Assembly: GCA_964016885.1 (NCBI GenBank)
Contig: OZ024742.1
Location: 77,314,001 to 77,378,000 of the forward strand
Source: Eledone cirrhosa
Taxonomy: Eukaryota
Length of the DNA stretch: 64,000 bases
Reading direction: 5' to 3'
Part shown: one piece after another, positions 26,335 through 40,450 of the stretch
Layout of the letters: each line of letters opens with the position of its first letter
How positions within the stretch are numbered: position 1 is the first letter of the stretch
The notes under the pieces: generated by a model
What the model saw: only the letters and a program-made list of their open reading frames with translations
Told to the model about the DNA's origin: nothing
The model's database searches: none
Program-made: the position numbers and the translations under genes

Positions 26335-26545
26335 AGTCGGTGGATTGGCACTATCGTAGAACATCGGACAACATGCTTTGCGGAGGTGAGATACGGCTCT
26401 TTACGTTCTAAATTCAAATCCCGTCGAGGTTAAATTTGAGTTTTATCCTTACAGGATCGATAAAATGAAGTAACACTATCTTACTGGGGGGTCGATTCAA
26501 TCAACTTTCACTGACCCAAACTTGTTGGCTTTGTGTCTAAATCAT
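26335..26545 (+). mobile_element. SINE S1, diverged
   Basis: ggtggattggca...ttcaaatcccgtcgaggtt...gatcgataaaat. Confidence 0.65.
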
Positions 26546-27520
26546 TATTAACGTTGAGGATATATTTTGTCACGAAAGACTAAAAGTCATCTCTGCATGA
26601 CAGCCCGAATAATAATTGAACCTGGGCATACAGTGAGGAACAATTCTGAATGTTGGTGTATATACTGACAACAGTCAACTTATTTCCTTCTTTTAACTAA
26701 CGAAATGACACATAAATATACATGCATTTATCAGCTATTTGATTGTATGGGGCCAGATACACGTAAAATGGCTTCGCATAACAGAAATTATGACACCAAT
26801 AGTGTGGGATACAATGTATAAGGTGATATCTGCATGAATAACCCATAGATAGATGGTGACATTCTCACATTCTATAATGAACCACAATCGGTCTAACATT
26901 TACTAATTCTAATTTTAATGAAAAGAAAACATTTTACAATCGTTATTCCTAGATATACCTGATACATGCTCATATTAAAGTGATTGTTTACATTTTAAAG
27001 AGAAATGTAGTCACATGTAATTACAAATATGCAGTTACATTGTTTACGTTTAGAGGTCTCCCAGAATTTATTTTAGGGTCAGATTGAATGCCAACATTTT
27101 TGCGTAGTTTTCTTTTTATTTTGACCCGCAAGTCAGCTCTGTGCAGTCATAAATAAAATATTCCAGCCATGAATGATAACATATTTTTTTCAACAAGAGA
27201 ATACTTTCACTGACGTATGTTTATACTTAATAAGGCGAGATTTGAAGACAATTTGACTGTCATTACCAGAAGGTAGATTGAATATATATTCATTACTTTT
27301 CTGAGATGAATGATATTATATATGAAAAAAAAGAAGGCACTTTTTTCACTTGACACATTGTGTTAACAATGGCTAATGTAACATGTTGAAAAGAATCGAT
27401 TATGTTTTTTAATACTGTATGAAAATGTCCGCGTGAAAGATTATTTCATTGTGTTGGATACGTATATTATTAAGCAATATCATATGACATTCGGGCACTT
27501 ATTATATTTTCGTCAAATAT

Positions 27521-27903
27521 GGCGGTGGATTGGCAGTATCAGTAGAGGGTCGGACGCCATGCTTTCCAGCATAGTTACGTCCCTTTATGATCTGAGTTCA
27601 AATCCCGCCGAGGTTGACTTTGCCTTTCATCCTTACGGGGTCGATAAAATAAAGTACCAGTAATGCACTGAGTAATTGCTGGCCTTGTGCCTAAAGTAGA
27701 AACAATTATATTTTCGACTTATTTTGGCATTATCGGTAGAGAGTCGGACACCCTGCTTTGAACCATAAAGTTACGTCCCTTTATGATCTGAGTTAAAATC
27801 CTGCCGAGGTTAACTTTACCTCTCAGCCTTACGGGGTCGATAAAATAAAGTACCAGTAATGTAATGGGTGTGTTGCTGGCCTTGTGCCTAAAATAGAAAC
27901 AAT
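27521..27903 (+). mobile_element. Two tandem SINE S1 copies (27521-27707, 27724-27903)
   Basis: A-box tggcagtatcagtag, B-box gagttcaaatccc, shared core and gtagaaacaatt end. Confidence 0.85.
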
Positions 27904-27978
27904 TATACTTTAAAATACGTATGTTACATGTTTAAGATGTTTATCATATACATGCGCGCACTCATATATATATATATA

Positions 27979-28023
<45 letters not shown>

Positions 28024-28067
28024 AGAAGTTTATATATATATATATATATATAGTTTTAATATAGATG

Positions 28068-28118
28068 AGATTATACAGGACTAGAACTGTTTCATTCTTT
28101 AGAAATCATCAGGAATCT
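28068..28118 (-). ncRNA. Type-I hammerhead ribozyme (family E left arm)
   Basis: Reverse complement: agattc-CTGATGA-tttc taaa gaat-GAAA-cag..ctg-TA-taatct. Confidence 0.65.
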
Positions 28119-28705
28119 GGGTATCAAAAAATAAATATGATATTTATAGATCTCTACAAGTGGTAGGAGAGGGTGGGGAGTGGGATGGGTGTAGGTCATT
28201 GGTTGATAGAAAAGGGAATTCATTATAAGCTAATTCTACAAAGCTAAAGTTTATTTTTATTATTATTAATTTTTGTTTTTAGAGTAACAAAGGCAGACAG
28301 AATTCTATAAACAGGTTCCGGATGGCATACCATTCCTTGTCATTAAGTTTCTCTTAAGATAACAGATGTCTATAAGATCAGTGGGGGGTCAGTCATGGTA
28401 GATAGAATTAAAGGAAAGGGAGATTCTTTAAAAGCTAAATTCATTAAGGTTCTACTAAGTGACAAAGGTTTAGAGAATTCTGTAGACAGATTCAAAATAC
28501 TGAGTGCATATCTTACAATTATCTTCGAACTTCTCTTAAACTAATCAACTATATGCCAAAAATCAACAGACATATTCACAAAAAAACACACTCACTCACA
28601 CACTCGCGCGCAACCATAAACACACATACACATACACATATACACACATAAAAACACACACACATATATAAATATGTTTATGTTTATATATAAATATATA
28701 TACAC

Positions 28706-28760
<55 letters not shown>

Positions 28761-28879
28761 CACACATACATATATATACACAAACACACATATATATACA
28801 CATATATATATACACTCACACACATACATACATACACACAAATATACATGTGTATACATATACATACATATACACATCC

Positions 28880-28910
<31 letters not shown>

Positions 28911-28958
28911 CATAAACAAATATATACATATACATACACACACACACATACATACATA

Positions 28959-29002
<44 letters not shown>

Positions 29003-29024
29003 CACACCATTCATACATATATTC

Positions 29025-29100
<76 letters not shown>

Positions 29101-29442
29101 ACACACATACATACATATATACACAAATACATACACATATATACACACATATATATATATATATACATACATATACACACACATGTATACACACACACAC
29201 ATATACACATATATACACACACACACATACACACATACACATGCATATATATAAATATATATATTTTTATATATCTATATATATACATATATACACATAC
29301 GTACACAGACATATAAATTAATATACACATATATACAAACATATATACGCATATATACACACATATATACATATATATACACGCATACACACATACACAC
29401 ACACACACACAAATATATATACACACACTCTCTCTCACGCAC

Positions 29443-29475
<33 letters not shown>

Positions 29476-29529
29476 TGCACACACACACATATATATATAC
29501 ACACACACACACATACACACATACAAATA

Positions 29530-29573
<44 letters not shown>

Positions 29574-30090
29574 CATATACATATATACATACGTACACAT
29601 ACACATACATACACATATATACACATATATATATATATATATATACATATACACATATATATACATATATACATATATATACATACATAAATATACACAC
29701 ATAAAACACATATACACACATACATATATATATATACATACACATACATATACACACATACACACAAATATATACACATACAAATATATAAGTACTCAAT
29801 AAATATACGCATATACGCAGGCACATAAAAACACCTCTACACGCAGAAAATATAGATAGGAAAGAGGTACTCACATAACCATAGTGGCCGTATTTCAGGT
29901 TGAGTAGGGGTGGGGGTAGGGTGGGAAGGAGTTATAGAGGCCAATAGGGGAGGTCGTTTTTAGCCATCGGGCTTTAACACTGGCTTAAAGTGTTTGAAAG
30001 TTGCAAAGTTCTTGTGCATGCAGTTCGGGCAGTGTTCAGAGGGTTTGTTCAGTAGCGGGCCCTTGGCGAATAAAATTTCGTAGCTCTCTG

Positions 30091-30871
30091 AAATACAATG
30101 ACGCCCTCGCCCGTAGCGGATTTAAAGATAAGATAACTTACCTAGAAACCACCGCAAGATGGCAGAGGAGGAATAGACATAGGCAGATTAGCTGGTACAA
30201 GCCTCCCTTCAATAGAGAGGTATCTACTCCGATAGCTAGGATTTTCTTCACTTTGCTGAAATTACACTTCCCCATACAACATAGGTACCACACCATCTTT
30301 AATAAGAACACAATAAGACTGTCTTACTCCACCACACCTAACCTAGCTAGGAATATAGCCAACCACAATTCTAAAAAATTAAATAAGCCAACCACCTCCG
30401 AACCCAATGCCCGGACTGGGGCTCTATGTAATTGCCTAAATAAGGAAGCATGCCCACTTGAAAACAAATGCCTCACAAATGATATCGTATACAAATGCGA
30501 TGTCATCTCAGGCACCGAGGATTGCAAAAAAATTACATCGGCATGACCTCCAACAACTTTAAGACCCGTTGGTATGCCCATACCTACTCCTTCAGGAGAC
30601 CGGACAAATCAAATCAGACAACACTCGCCTCCTACGTTTGGGACCTCAAAAGGAACTCCACCCCTTCACGCTTAAATGGAAAATACTTCAGAAAGCGCGC
30701 TCTTACAACGGAGGACACAAGGGCTGCGACCTTTGTATTTCAGAGAGCTACGAAATTTTATTCGCCAAGGGCCCGCTACTGAACAAAATCTCTGAACACT
30801 GCCTGAACTGCATGCACAAGAACTTTGCAACTTTCAAACACTTTAAGCCAGTGTTAAAGCCCGATGGCTAA
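30091..30871 (+). pseudogene. PLE RT thumb/linker plus GIY-YIG endonuclease, frameshifted
   Basis: YNDALARSGF..WYKPPF..IFNKNTIRLSYSTTPN..CNC...CPLENKCL...IVY / YIGMTSNNFKTRW..H / CDLCISE...LLN. Confidence 0.85.
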
Positions 30872-31254
30872 AAACGACCTCCCCCTATTGGCCCCTATAC
30901 CTCCTTCCCACCCTACCCCCACCCCTCCTTAACCTGAAATACGGCCACTATGGTTATGTGAGTACCTCTTTCCTATCTACATTTTCTGCCTGTAGAGGTG
31001 TTTTTATGTGCCTGCGTATATGCGTATATTTATTGATTACTTATTTATTTGTATGTGTATATATTTGTGTGTGTGTGTATATGTATGTGTATGTATATAT
31101 ATATATGTATCTGTGTATATGTGTTTTATGTGTGTATATTTATGTATGTATATATATGTATATATGTATATATATGTGTATATGTATATATATATATATA
31201 TATAGGTATATATATGTATGTATGTGTATGTGTATGTATGTATATATGTATATG

Positions 31255-31291
<37 letters not shown>

Positions 31292-31299
31292 TTGTATGT

Positions 31300-31369
<70 letters not shown>

Positions 31370-31396
31370 ATATATGTGTATATGTATATTTGTATA

Positions 31397-31427
<31 letters not shown>

Positions 31428-31432
31428 GTGTG

Positions 31433-31483
<51 letters not shown>

Positions 31484-31589
31484 GTATGTATGGTGCTTTT
31501 TCCTTATATATGTGTATATGTGTATATATATATACACACATACACACACATATACATATATATTAGGAAAAAGCACCATACATACATAA

Positions 31590-31628
<39 letters not shown>

Positions 31629-31664
31629 CAGGCCATTCATACATATATTCATATATATATATAT

Positions 31665-31705
<41 letters not shown>

Positions 31706-31752
31706 CACACACATACATACATACATATATACACACATACATACACATATAT

Positions 31753-31838
<86 letters not shown>

Positions 31839-31874
31839 GTATATATATATATGAATATATGTATGAATGGTGTG

Positions 31875-31915
<41 letters not shown>

Positions 31916-32028
31916 TTATGTATGTATGGTGCTTTTTCCTTATATATGTGTATATGTGTGTGTGTGTGTGTATATATATATGTATGTATGTGTGTGTGTG
32001 TGTGTGTATATGTATATATTTGTTTATG

Positions 32029-32059
<31 letters not shown>

Positions 32060-32129
32060 TTGTGTGTATGTGTGTGTATATGTATATATATATGTATATG
32101 TGTGTATATATGTGTATTGTATATATATA

Positions 32130-32166
<37 letters not shown>

Positions 32167-32301
32167 ATATATATATATGTATGTGTATATGTATGTATAT
32201 GTATACACATGTATATTTGTGTGTATGTATGTATGTGTGTGAGTGTATATATATGTGTATATATGTGTGTGTGTGTGTGTGTATATATATATGTATGTGT
32301 G

Positions 32302-32370
<69 letters not shown>

Positions 32371-32921
32371 TTATATGTGTGTGTGTTTTTATGTGTGTAT
32401 ATGTGTATGTGTATGTGTGTTCATGTTTGCGCGCGAGTGTGTGAGTGAGTGTGTTTTTTTGAGTATGTGTCTGTTGATTTTTGGCATATAGTTGATTAGT
32501 TTAAGAGAAGTTCGAAGATAATTGTAAGATATGCACTCAGTATTTCGAATCTGTCTACAGAATTCTCTAAACCTTTGTCACTTAGTAGAAATTTAATGAA
32601 TTTAGCTTTTAAAGAATCTCCCTTTCCTTTAATTCTATCTACCATGACTGACCCCCCACTGATCTTATAGACATCTGTTAGCTTAAGAGAAACTTAATGA
32701 CAAGGAATGGTATGCCATCCGGAAACTGTTTGTAGAATTCTTTCTGCCTTTGTTACTCTAAAAACAAAAATTAATAATAATAAAAATAAACTATAGCTTT
32801 GTAGAATTAGCTTTTAATGAATTCCCTTTTCTATCAACCAATGACCTACACCCATCCCACTCCCCACCCTCTCCTACCACTTGTAGAGACCTATAAATAC
32901 CATATTTATTTTCTGATACCC

Positions 32922-32972
32922 AGATTGATGATGATTTCTAAAGAATGAAACAGTTCTAGTCCTGTAGAATCT
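32922..32972 (+). ncRNA. Hammerhead motif (family E right arm, core C3 mutated)
   Basis: agattg-ATGATGA-tttc taaa gaat-GAAA-cag..ctg-TA-gaatct. Confidence 0.5.
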
Positions 32973-33059
32973 CATCTATATTAAAACTTTTATACTCTGC
33001 AATGTATTGAGTACCTTACTTACTGTGGTTACCTCCGATTCAACCCGGAATAACGTACG

Positions 33060-33120
<61 letters not shown>

Positions 33121-33139
33121 TTCCGGGCACTTATCTATC

Positions 33140-33560
33140 TATCGCGGGTAAAATTCCCGAGATCCATGGTCGAGTTATCTCCAGTGGTCTCCGTCTCTCA
33201 TTATCGCTGCCATGTCCTACGTCTCTAAGAGACCAGTGTCTGTTCGTAGGGCATCAACATATGTTAACCTCGGTCCTCCTCTTCCAGTGTGTAAATGCAA
33301 GGGATCCCACAGGAACACTGAGTGCAGTGTCAACTCAAGATGTCGGTGACCATGTCCAACTAACCTCAGTTTCCACTGTGTCACTTTCAAGCTGACTTTT
33401 GGGAAGCTCCCGTACAGCTCTCAGTTCTTCATCCTCAGTGTATACTGTTGAATGTTCGGAGCCATCCTCAGCATTCTCATGTAGCACCCATCCACCATCT
33501 GAGTGAGTTTCTTGGTCAGTGTCCAAGTCTCAGACCCGTACAGCAGCACAGACTCCACTA
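33140..33560 (-). mobile_element. Degenerate RTE LINE 3' fragment, same family as 20225-21026
   Basis: Colinear with 20230-20646 (gcgggtaaaattcccgagatcc...gactccacta). Confidence 0.8.
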
Positions 33561-33564
33561 AAGC

Positions 33565-33595
<31 letters not shown>

Positions 33596-35171
33596 CGTGT
33601 GTGTGTGTACGTATATAAAGAAACATAGACTTGAGTTCTTCAATTTGTACCCACACGTAAATTCGTTTTGGAAATGAAAATCTTTGAGACTTTCGTACAG
33701 CCCAACGATGTGATTTTCTTGCCAGAAAATATAAATACATGTATTTATCAATGCGGAACACGCATTAATGCTATTAATCTCAATTTTAAATTTGTAAAAG
33801 TAACTACACATCTTCTGATTCTAAATTTTTTAAAGCCCCGTAACCTGAGGGAGTGGTAGAGGGGCCGTAATGGAAACGGCATTCCTATGGCATCTTTACA
33901 ACTGGCGAAACCCATCTCCTCCCTAGGACTGGCTGGTAGGCTTGGAATCGAATTTCAATGGCTGAAAAGCAAACATGACCTCGGCTGTATTTGAACTCAG
34001 GGAGCAGAGAGCTGAGACGCATACCACAAATTATTTTAAACGATGTTCTAACGACTATATCGTGTTATTTACAAGGAATATTTTAGCTAAGGATTAATTC
34101 TTGTTTTAGTATAATCTGCCGTAATACCCAAAATAATATCATAAAATTAATAGCATTAGAAAAACGTAACTCAAACTAAAAGTATTATTAATGATTTTAT
34201 TTATTGGCCAAAATATTAATAATAAAACGAATTCAGAATCATTAGTAATGAGGCATTTTTATCTTCAATATACTTGGTCTTGTAATGGATCATAAATAAT
34301 GATGAATTTCAATGTTAATATATTCATAGATAATTTACATTATATTGAATTATTTTTTGTCACACCTTCACATGGCCATTGATGAATGAAAATATAAATT
34401 GTGAGGAAATTGATCCGGATATGAGGCTAAATCCTAAAAGCTAAACATTGTAGCTTCAATTTGCACTTGAATGGCCGAAATGAATTCAGCAATCAATCAA
34501 GCCATATAACACGTAATCTGAAGGTTGTTGATGCTGTTATTGTTGGTGAAATAGGTCTTCATTTTATTTATTTATTTATATTCTTTTTCATTTGTTTTTC
34601 AATTTTCATGTTGATTCTCAGTATCCCTTAACAGAAAGTATACATAAAATAAAGTAAAGCTAATTTAGAAACTTTTGTATGTTTATCTGCAATTATGGGT
34701 GAGTATTAAAGGATAGGTTAACGGGGAAAATGCCAGGCAATCAATGAATATATATATATATGTGTGCGTGTGTGTGTGAGTGTAGGTGTATGTGTATGTG
34801 TGTGTGTCTGCGTGTATGTGTGTGATTAACAAAACACAACATAATTACAAACGCTAATTTCTTAGATTTCATAAAAAAATGTATGTGCATTAAGCCCTGT
34901 GAATTTTCTCAGTCTGGAATATTATTTAATGAGCCAGTCTATGTTCCTAATTAGGGCATTTCATTGGAGAATATATTTTCATAAGTGTTAAACAGCTTAT
35001 TTTTCTTCGGCGCAGTGGATTATTTCTTTTTAATTTCATCGTAAAACAAATTTCTCAGATTGTTTGCTATTTGAGACGAACAAAGTTGATATAGATACAT
35101 GAATATATGCATACATACATTCATACATACATACATAAATACATACGTACATACATGCACACACACGCATA

Positions 35172-35235
<64 letters not shown>

Positions 35236-36155
35236 TATATATATATATATATGTATATATATATAGCTGTTGAAAGGCCGGAGCTCAGCCGTCGAGGTCC
35301 TGACTCTTTTCCTATATATATATATATCAAAAATTAAATTAAGGGAGTCAAGGCCGAGACATGCGCCATATCCACCGTAGAATAAGCTCAAAGATTCCAC
35401 TGAATAGATCCGAGCATTTTATATCAACTACAAATTGATTGACATATATATATATATAAAATAAACACATGAAACAATCACAGGGGATATCCCAAATTAA
35501 ATTAAAGGAGTCATGTCCGAGCCATATCTACCGTAGAATAAGCCCAAAGATTCCCCTGTGATTGTTTCATGTGTTTATTTTAGAGAGATATATATGTCAA
35601 TCAATTACTAGTTGATATATATATACTACATAACTACAAGCTCAGGAATATCCCATATGTAAAAGCTATGTAGACCCACATATAATTTTATATGCGAGGT
35701 AAAGATATAAGAATTATTTTTCAAAATAACCAATTAGTGGGATCTGTTTGACATTGGTGTCCCTAATATTTGCACATCTTCTTGTAATGCGATTCTTATT
35801 TAACCAATGTATATTTCTAATTGTTTTCATCTAAAAATTCTTTTTAGCATGTGCTTATGTGCTTTAAAGGAGCAATAATTAAAAAGTGAATTAATTTTCT
35901 CTCTAGAAGAGAAAGTACATCATTGTATTAAAATGCGACATTTGAAAAATGTTAGTTTGGTAACTAATCTATACCTTGGTTATGTATGTAATCGGGTTGC
36001 TGTGTAATTGTCAAATTTAGATGTCGAACTTTTTTCAATACACATTCTGTCACCTGCTCAATGACTCTTCTTCCTTTTATGTTTCTCCTCATTTTACTGA
36101 TCTCGTTCTATTTAATGTATCTATTAACACACACACACATACACGTATATATATA

Positions 36156-36349
36156 TAGGAAAAAGTTTAACCCCGACGGCAGAGCTCAAGCCGTTTCGAC
36201 GGCTATTTCTGGACTGAAATAGCCGTCGAAACGGCTTGAGCTATGCCGTCGGCGTTAAACTTTTTTCCTATTACCCACTCTACTACACTCAGTATTGAGT
36301 ACTCTGGTGCGTTATGGTCCATCTGTTTCCTTACCACACCTCCTTCGTT
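36156..36349 (+). mobile_element. Foldback element family H copy
   Basis: Palindrome 36156-36271 plus the same tail as 4086-4163. Confidence 0.75.
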
Positions 36350-37784
36350 AAATATATAAAATTTAGAATGCATGATGTTCTGGTTAAATTTGATCATGGC
36401 TCCGTAAATCAATATATTCTGTTTGAGTTGTAGAATTTTATCGAATGTTAAAGTATATGTTTTCAAATGTTCAAATATAGAACAACAGTAGTAAGTATGT
36501 TTTTCTGATATCTGTCATTTGTTGTTTCTTCATTGTGATTTCCCATGTGGCTAAATGTATGTCTGTATAAAAGAAATATTCACCCAGTTTTCATTTTTTT
36601 TAAATTAGTTTATATAATGTTTATGTGAATACATGATGTCATTGAGTAATGTATGTAAAACTGTTTAATTCATTAAGGATAGACAATATATTGATTTGAA
36701 TTTAGTTTACGTATCTTTAATAAAGGAGAAATATTTATCGGCTCAGGGTGAGTAGAAACGGGTGCTGGATTGGCGTTTTTAATGTTTAAATGATGCTAAG
36801 ACCCTCTGTGTATGTGAATGCATGTGATAACTTACTGCAACTAGCCATCTGTAAGGAGGGAAAATTAACATCGTGTCTCTTTGAAGGGACTGCAAACGTA
36901 AATCATGAAGGTATAAAGGCTGGATGCCAGACACCTGAAACTTCCTCAAGCGCTCGGTGGGATTCGTGCAATGCGGATGATAGTCCATCATAATAAGGTG
37001 CTCCGAAAGACATTTGCCTCGTAGAATGTGGACAATTTCCAGTAATTCCTGGCATGGTAAATCTACGTGGAGGTTACATGTTCAAGATACATTTTACAGA
37101 CACGAAATTGCTGTCAGACGGGCCTGTACGAGATTTGCTCAGTTTTATTAAATTATTCTCCTCGCTCCGTTCAATATCCGTGCAATATTGTCTTGTTGAG
37201 TTTTGTTGAACAGGTCTTATGACGTGTAGAACGTATCCGGCTATCAGCTGACTCCATTGTGACGCATACGCCATCACGTTCTATTCGAGGGGAAGACCAG
37301 GTAGGTTTCTTCTGTCTGGCGTCTATAATGAAAGATGTAGTAGGGGGAGGAGCAAACTGAATTATCTGAATTCAGAAATATTCCTCTACGGTCAAGCACT
37401 CAATTGGTTTTTTCGGAGTCAACTTGGAAAGGATGGTGAAATCGGAAACGGAAGTGTTTACGCTAAAGTTCACTTTTAAAAGTTGGATGAATGGTTCGAG
37501 TGGATAGGTTTACCCTCATCCTGCATCTGTAGGCTAGAAATAAAAGAGTGGGAGAGAGCATTTTTCTTTGCTGTTCTTAATGACACGGTTGATTTCTGAT
37601 ATGTAGATTTCCTAAATTACCCCAGCATGATGCAACCTATATTGCGGAGTTATGTTGTTTTCACTTTTCTGTTGTCACTCGTTTGATTTACCTAGGTGTT
37701 TGTTTATATATAAATCTCCACTTCCATGATCCTGAATGTTGCCAAGAAAGAAATATTTATCATTGCTGTTGCTGTTGTTGTTGT

Positions 37785-37785
<1 letters not shown>

Positions 37786-37817
<32 letters not shown>

Positions 37818-37841
37818 CAGTAGTAGTAGTAGTAGTAGTAG

Positions 37842-37937
<96 letters not shown>

Positions 37938-37938
37938 C

Positions 37939-37993
<55 letters not shown>
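37786..37993. repeat. Compound microsatellite (TAG)n-(ATT)n-(TAG)n
   Basis: Direct reading. Confidence 0.95.
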
Positions 37994-39249
37994 TTGTATA
38001 CATATACTAATTAAGAGAACATACTTTATATTAACGAGAGGGAAAAACTGCACAAATCATTTAAAATAAATAGATTTAAAATCGTTCTATTGATTCTATT
38101 ATGTTGTGTGAAATAAACATAGGTCAAAAATTAATCACTTCTGCTTTGAACTTTGATAGGCTATGTTAAAATTCATAATGCATAAATCTAATTAAATTCT
38201 AAAGAGAATAATGAACGTGTTATATGACAATGATGTGACAAATTACGTATTGGCGAGGGGTGATGTGTGAAGATTTGTCGTGTGTGCATAGATAATTTAT
38301 CTAGAGCTTGCAATTGTTTTAATTTAGTAGTACATTTGATCTCATAATTCCATTAATGATAAAGACGAGATATAGTCTTGATTTAAAGACCACGCTTTTC
38401 GTATGCATTCCTGAGTACAAGTCTCTGTAAATATCTGTAAGCATATATACAGTGCACAATTTAAAAGGCCTGCGCAAATTAAATGGGGTGAAAGTGCATA
38501 AGAATGTAAAGTGCAAACAGTTTCCTTTTCAGCTGTCAGAAAAATAACAATTCAAAAAGCTGATTGTATGCCATACATTTATTTACTTGTGTATATTTCT
38601 AGGAAACCACATATCCAAACTACTGCAATTGACGAACTTGCCTGTAATGGACATGTTATTTTTGTGGTTATTTAAACCTTAGGCGGTTTAATATTATCTA
38701 TGTCAGTTAGAGAAATCTATTTTCTTTGTCCCTAGAAAAAATAAATGCAAATGATATATACATAATTATCCAAGAAACTAGTTTCGTTTCAAAGGCTGCT
38801 GTGTGTATCGTGTAGTTTCAGGTATTACATTCATAAACGCATACGGAATTAAGTAGGTTAATAACATTTGCGTTGTTTAAGTAGAATTCGAGAGCCGCAT
38901 GCTATTGAAATCTGCTGAATACCAAATATAGGGGTGGTATTAAGAGGAATAGGAATTTTCTAATTATTGTTCATACATGTTAAATATTCATGTGCATAGA
39001 TAAGTGAAGCTTTGTTTATTATGATATCGTTATAAGGACATAGGAGGGTGGTGGATTCCCAGTGTCGGTGGAGCGTCGGACAGCATGAGTTGCGGCATAG
39101 AGTCGAGGATAGGTTATCCTTTCCTTGTTACTGGGTCGATCATATAAAGTAGCAGTAACGTACTGGGATCGATTTAAACGACTTCCGCCGCCACCAAATT
39201 GTTGGCCTTCTGTCTAAATCAGAAGCAATTATAAGGGCGGTGGATTGGC

Positions 39250-40450
39250 AGTATCGGTAAACTCACAAGTTAAGTTGTTCGTGCTGAATATGATCGACAA
39301 TGTAAGGTATTCTTTCAAGATAATGGCTGTCTATGACCTAACAAGGGCAGGGTGGCCTGATTTCTTCAGGCGCCTCTTGAGCTTTCTTTGAACGTCAGGC
39401 AATTTAGATTTTGTGGACGTCAAAGAAGGTATCTGAGACGAACGCTAGCAGATATGGGCAACGTGTAAAAACCTCGCAAACCAGCTCAGATATTTCCAAT
39501 TGTCTGACAGCTACCGACTGGATTTGCCAAATTTGTCAATGTGGTCGCAGACAAACCATATCAAGTCATCCAGATCGTATCCAGATAGGGTATTTTGAGT
39601 AAAGATAGAGAACATTACAGAGCTAGAAAAAGCTTTAATGAACGACAATACAAATGAAGGACTTGCGGCCAGATTGGATCTCGAACATTCTTCAACACCA
39701 ATCATAAATACAGTTTTATCTAAGCCAGGGTACATGCTCTTAGACATGAGGAGACGAAATCTTTTAAATGGGGCCGAATGGCCGAGGCGCGGCGTGGCAA
39801 GAAGGCATTATCCGATTTTTGGCGGACCACCTCGGGTGCATGTTACTCGATCCCAAGTAGATAGGTGGAGCTTTTTAGTAACACTTCGCTCAAATGTTTC
39901 CTCAAATGTACTGGGTCGAATAGCAAGATGTCCACTCGCGATGCCCGAGTATTGTTAAAAAGAGTATTGTGGCAGAGTATTGTGAAAAAACCATAACAGC
40001 CACTGAGATACATGAGATAATGACTTGGTGTGGGTGGAGTGAATCACCTGTTTTGGATGATTTGTCCTAGAAGCTTTACGTTTATATGTCAGACTTGTTT
40101 GGTGATCTCTTGACGGACGTCTACTGAAAATAGCAGCAGAACTGGATAATTTTCAGTTATGTAAGCCTAGAGCAGTGGTGCTGCTGAGAAAGGAATCGGT
40201 CGAGGGGGAAAATATTGATAATCTTAGGTGCATAGCTCTGCTAAATGCAGAGTTTAAACTTTTTGTCATGGTTTTAACAACGTGGTTGGAGCTTGTCGCC
40301 GGTGGTGTGGTAGAAAAGCCGCAAACATGGGCCATTACAACAGATCCATCCACGGCAAACTCCACCTCATACGATACATCCTAGAGACAGTGAGTAACTA
40401 ATCTGACTCGTGTGTGTCACTGATCAACTTAGATCGATCATTAGCTTTAC
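39250..40450 (+). pseudogene. Highly degenerate Tx1/L1-like LINE fragment
   Basis: VVLLRK...NIDNLRCIALLNAEFKLFVMVL, similar to 6678-6896; boundaries approximate. Confidence 0.5.

Larger units (their letters stand above)
28052..33060 (+). mobile_element. PLE (family E) with ~2-kb inverted pLTRs that contain a long microsatellite block
   Basis: 28052-30098 inverted vs 30733-32988; right arm has a tail 32989-33060. Confidence 0.85.

Noticed and set aside
28592-29874. Long ORFs up to 395 aa rich in Y/I/C/V/M, and similar ORFs throughout the window
   Set aside because: Translations of (TA)n, (CA)n and trinucleotide microsatellites; not genes.
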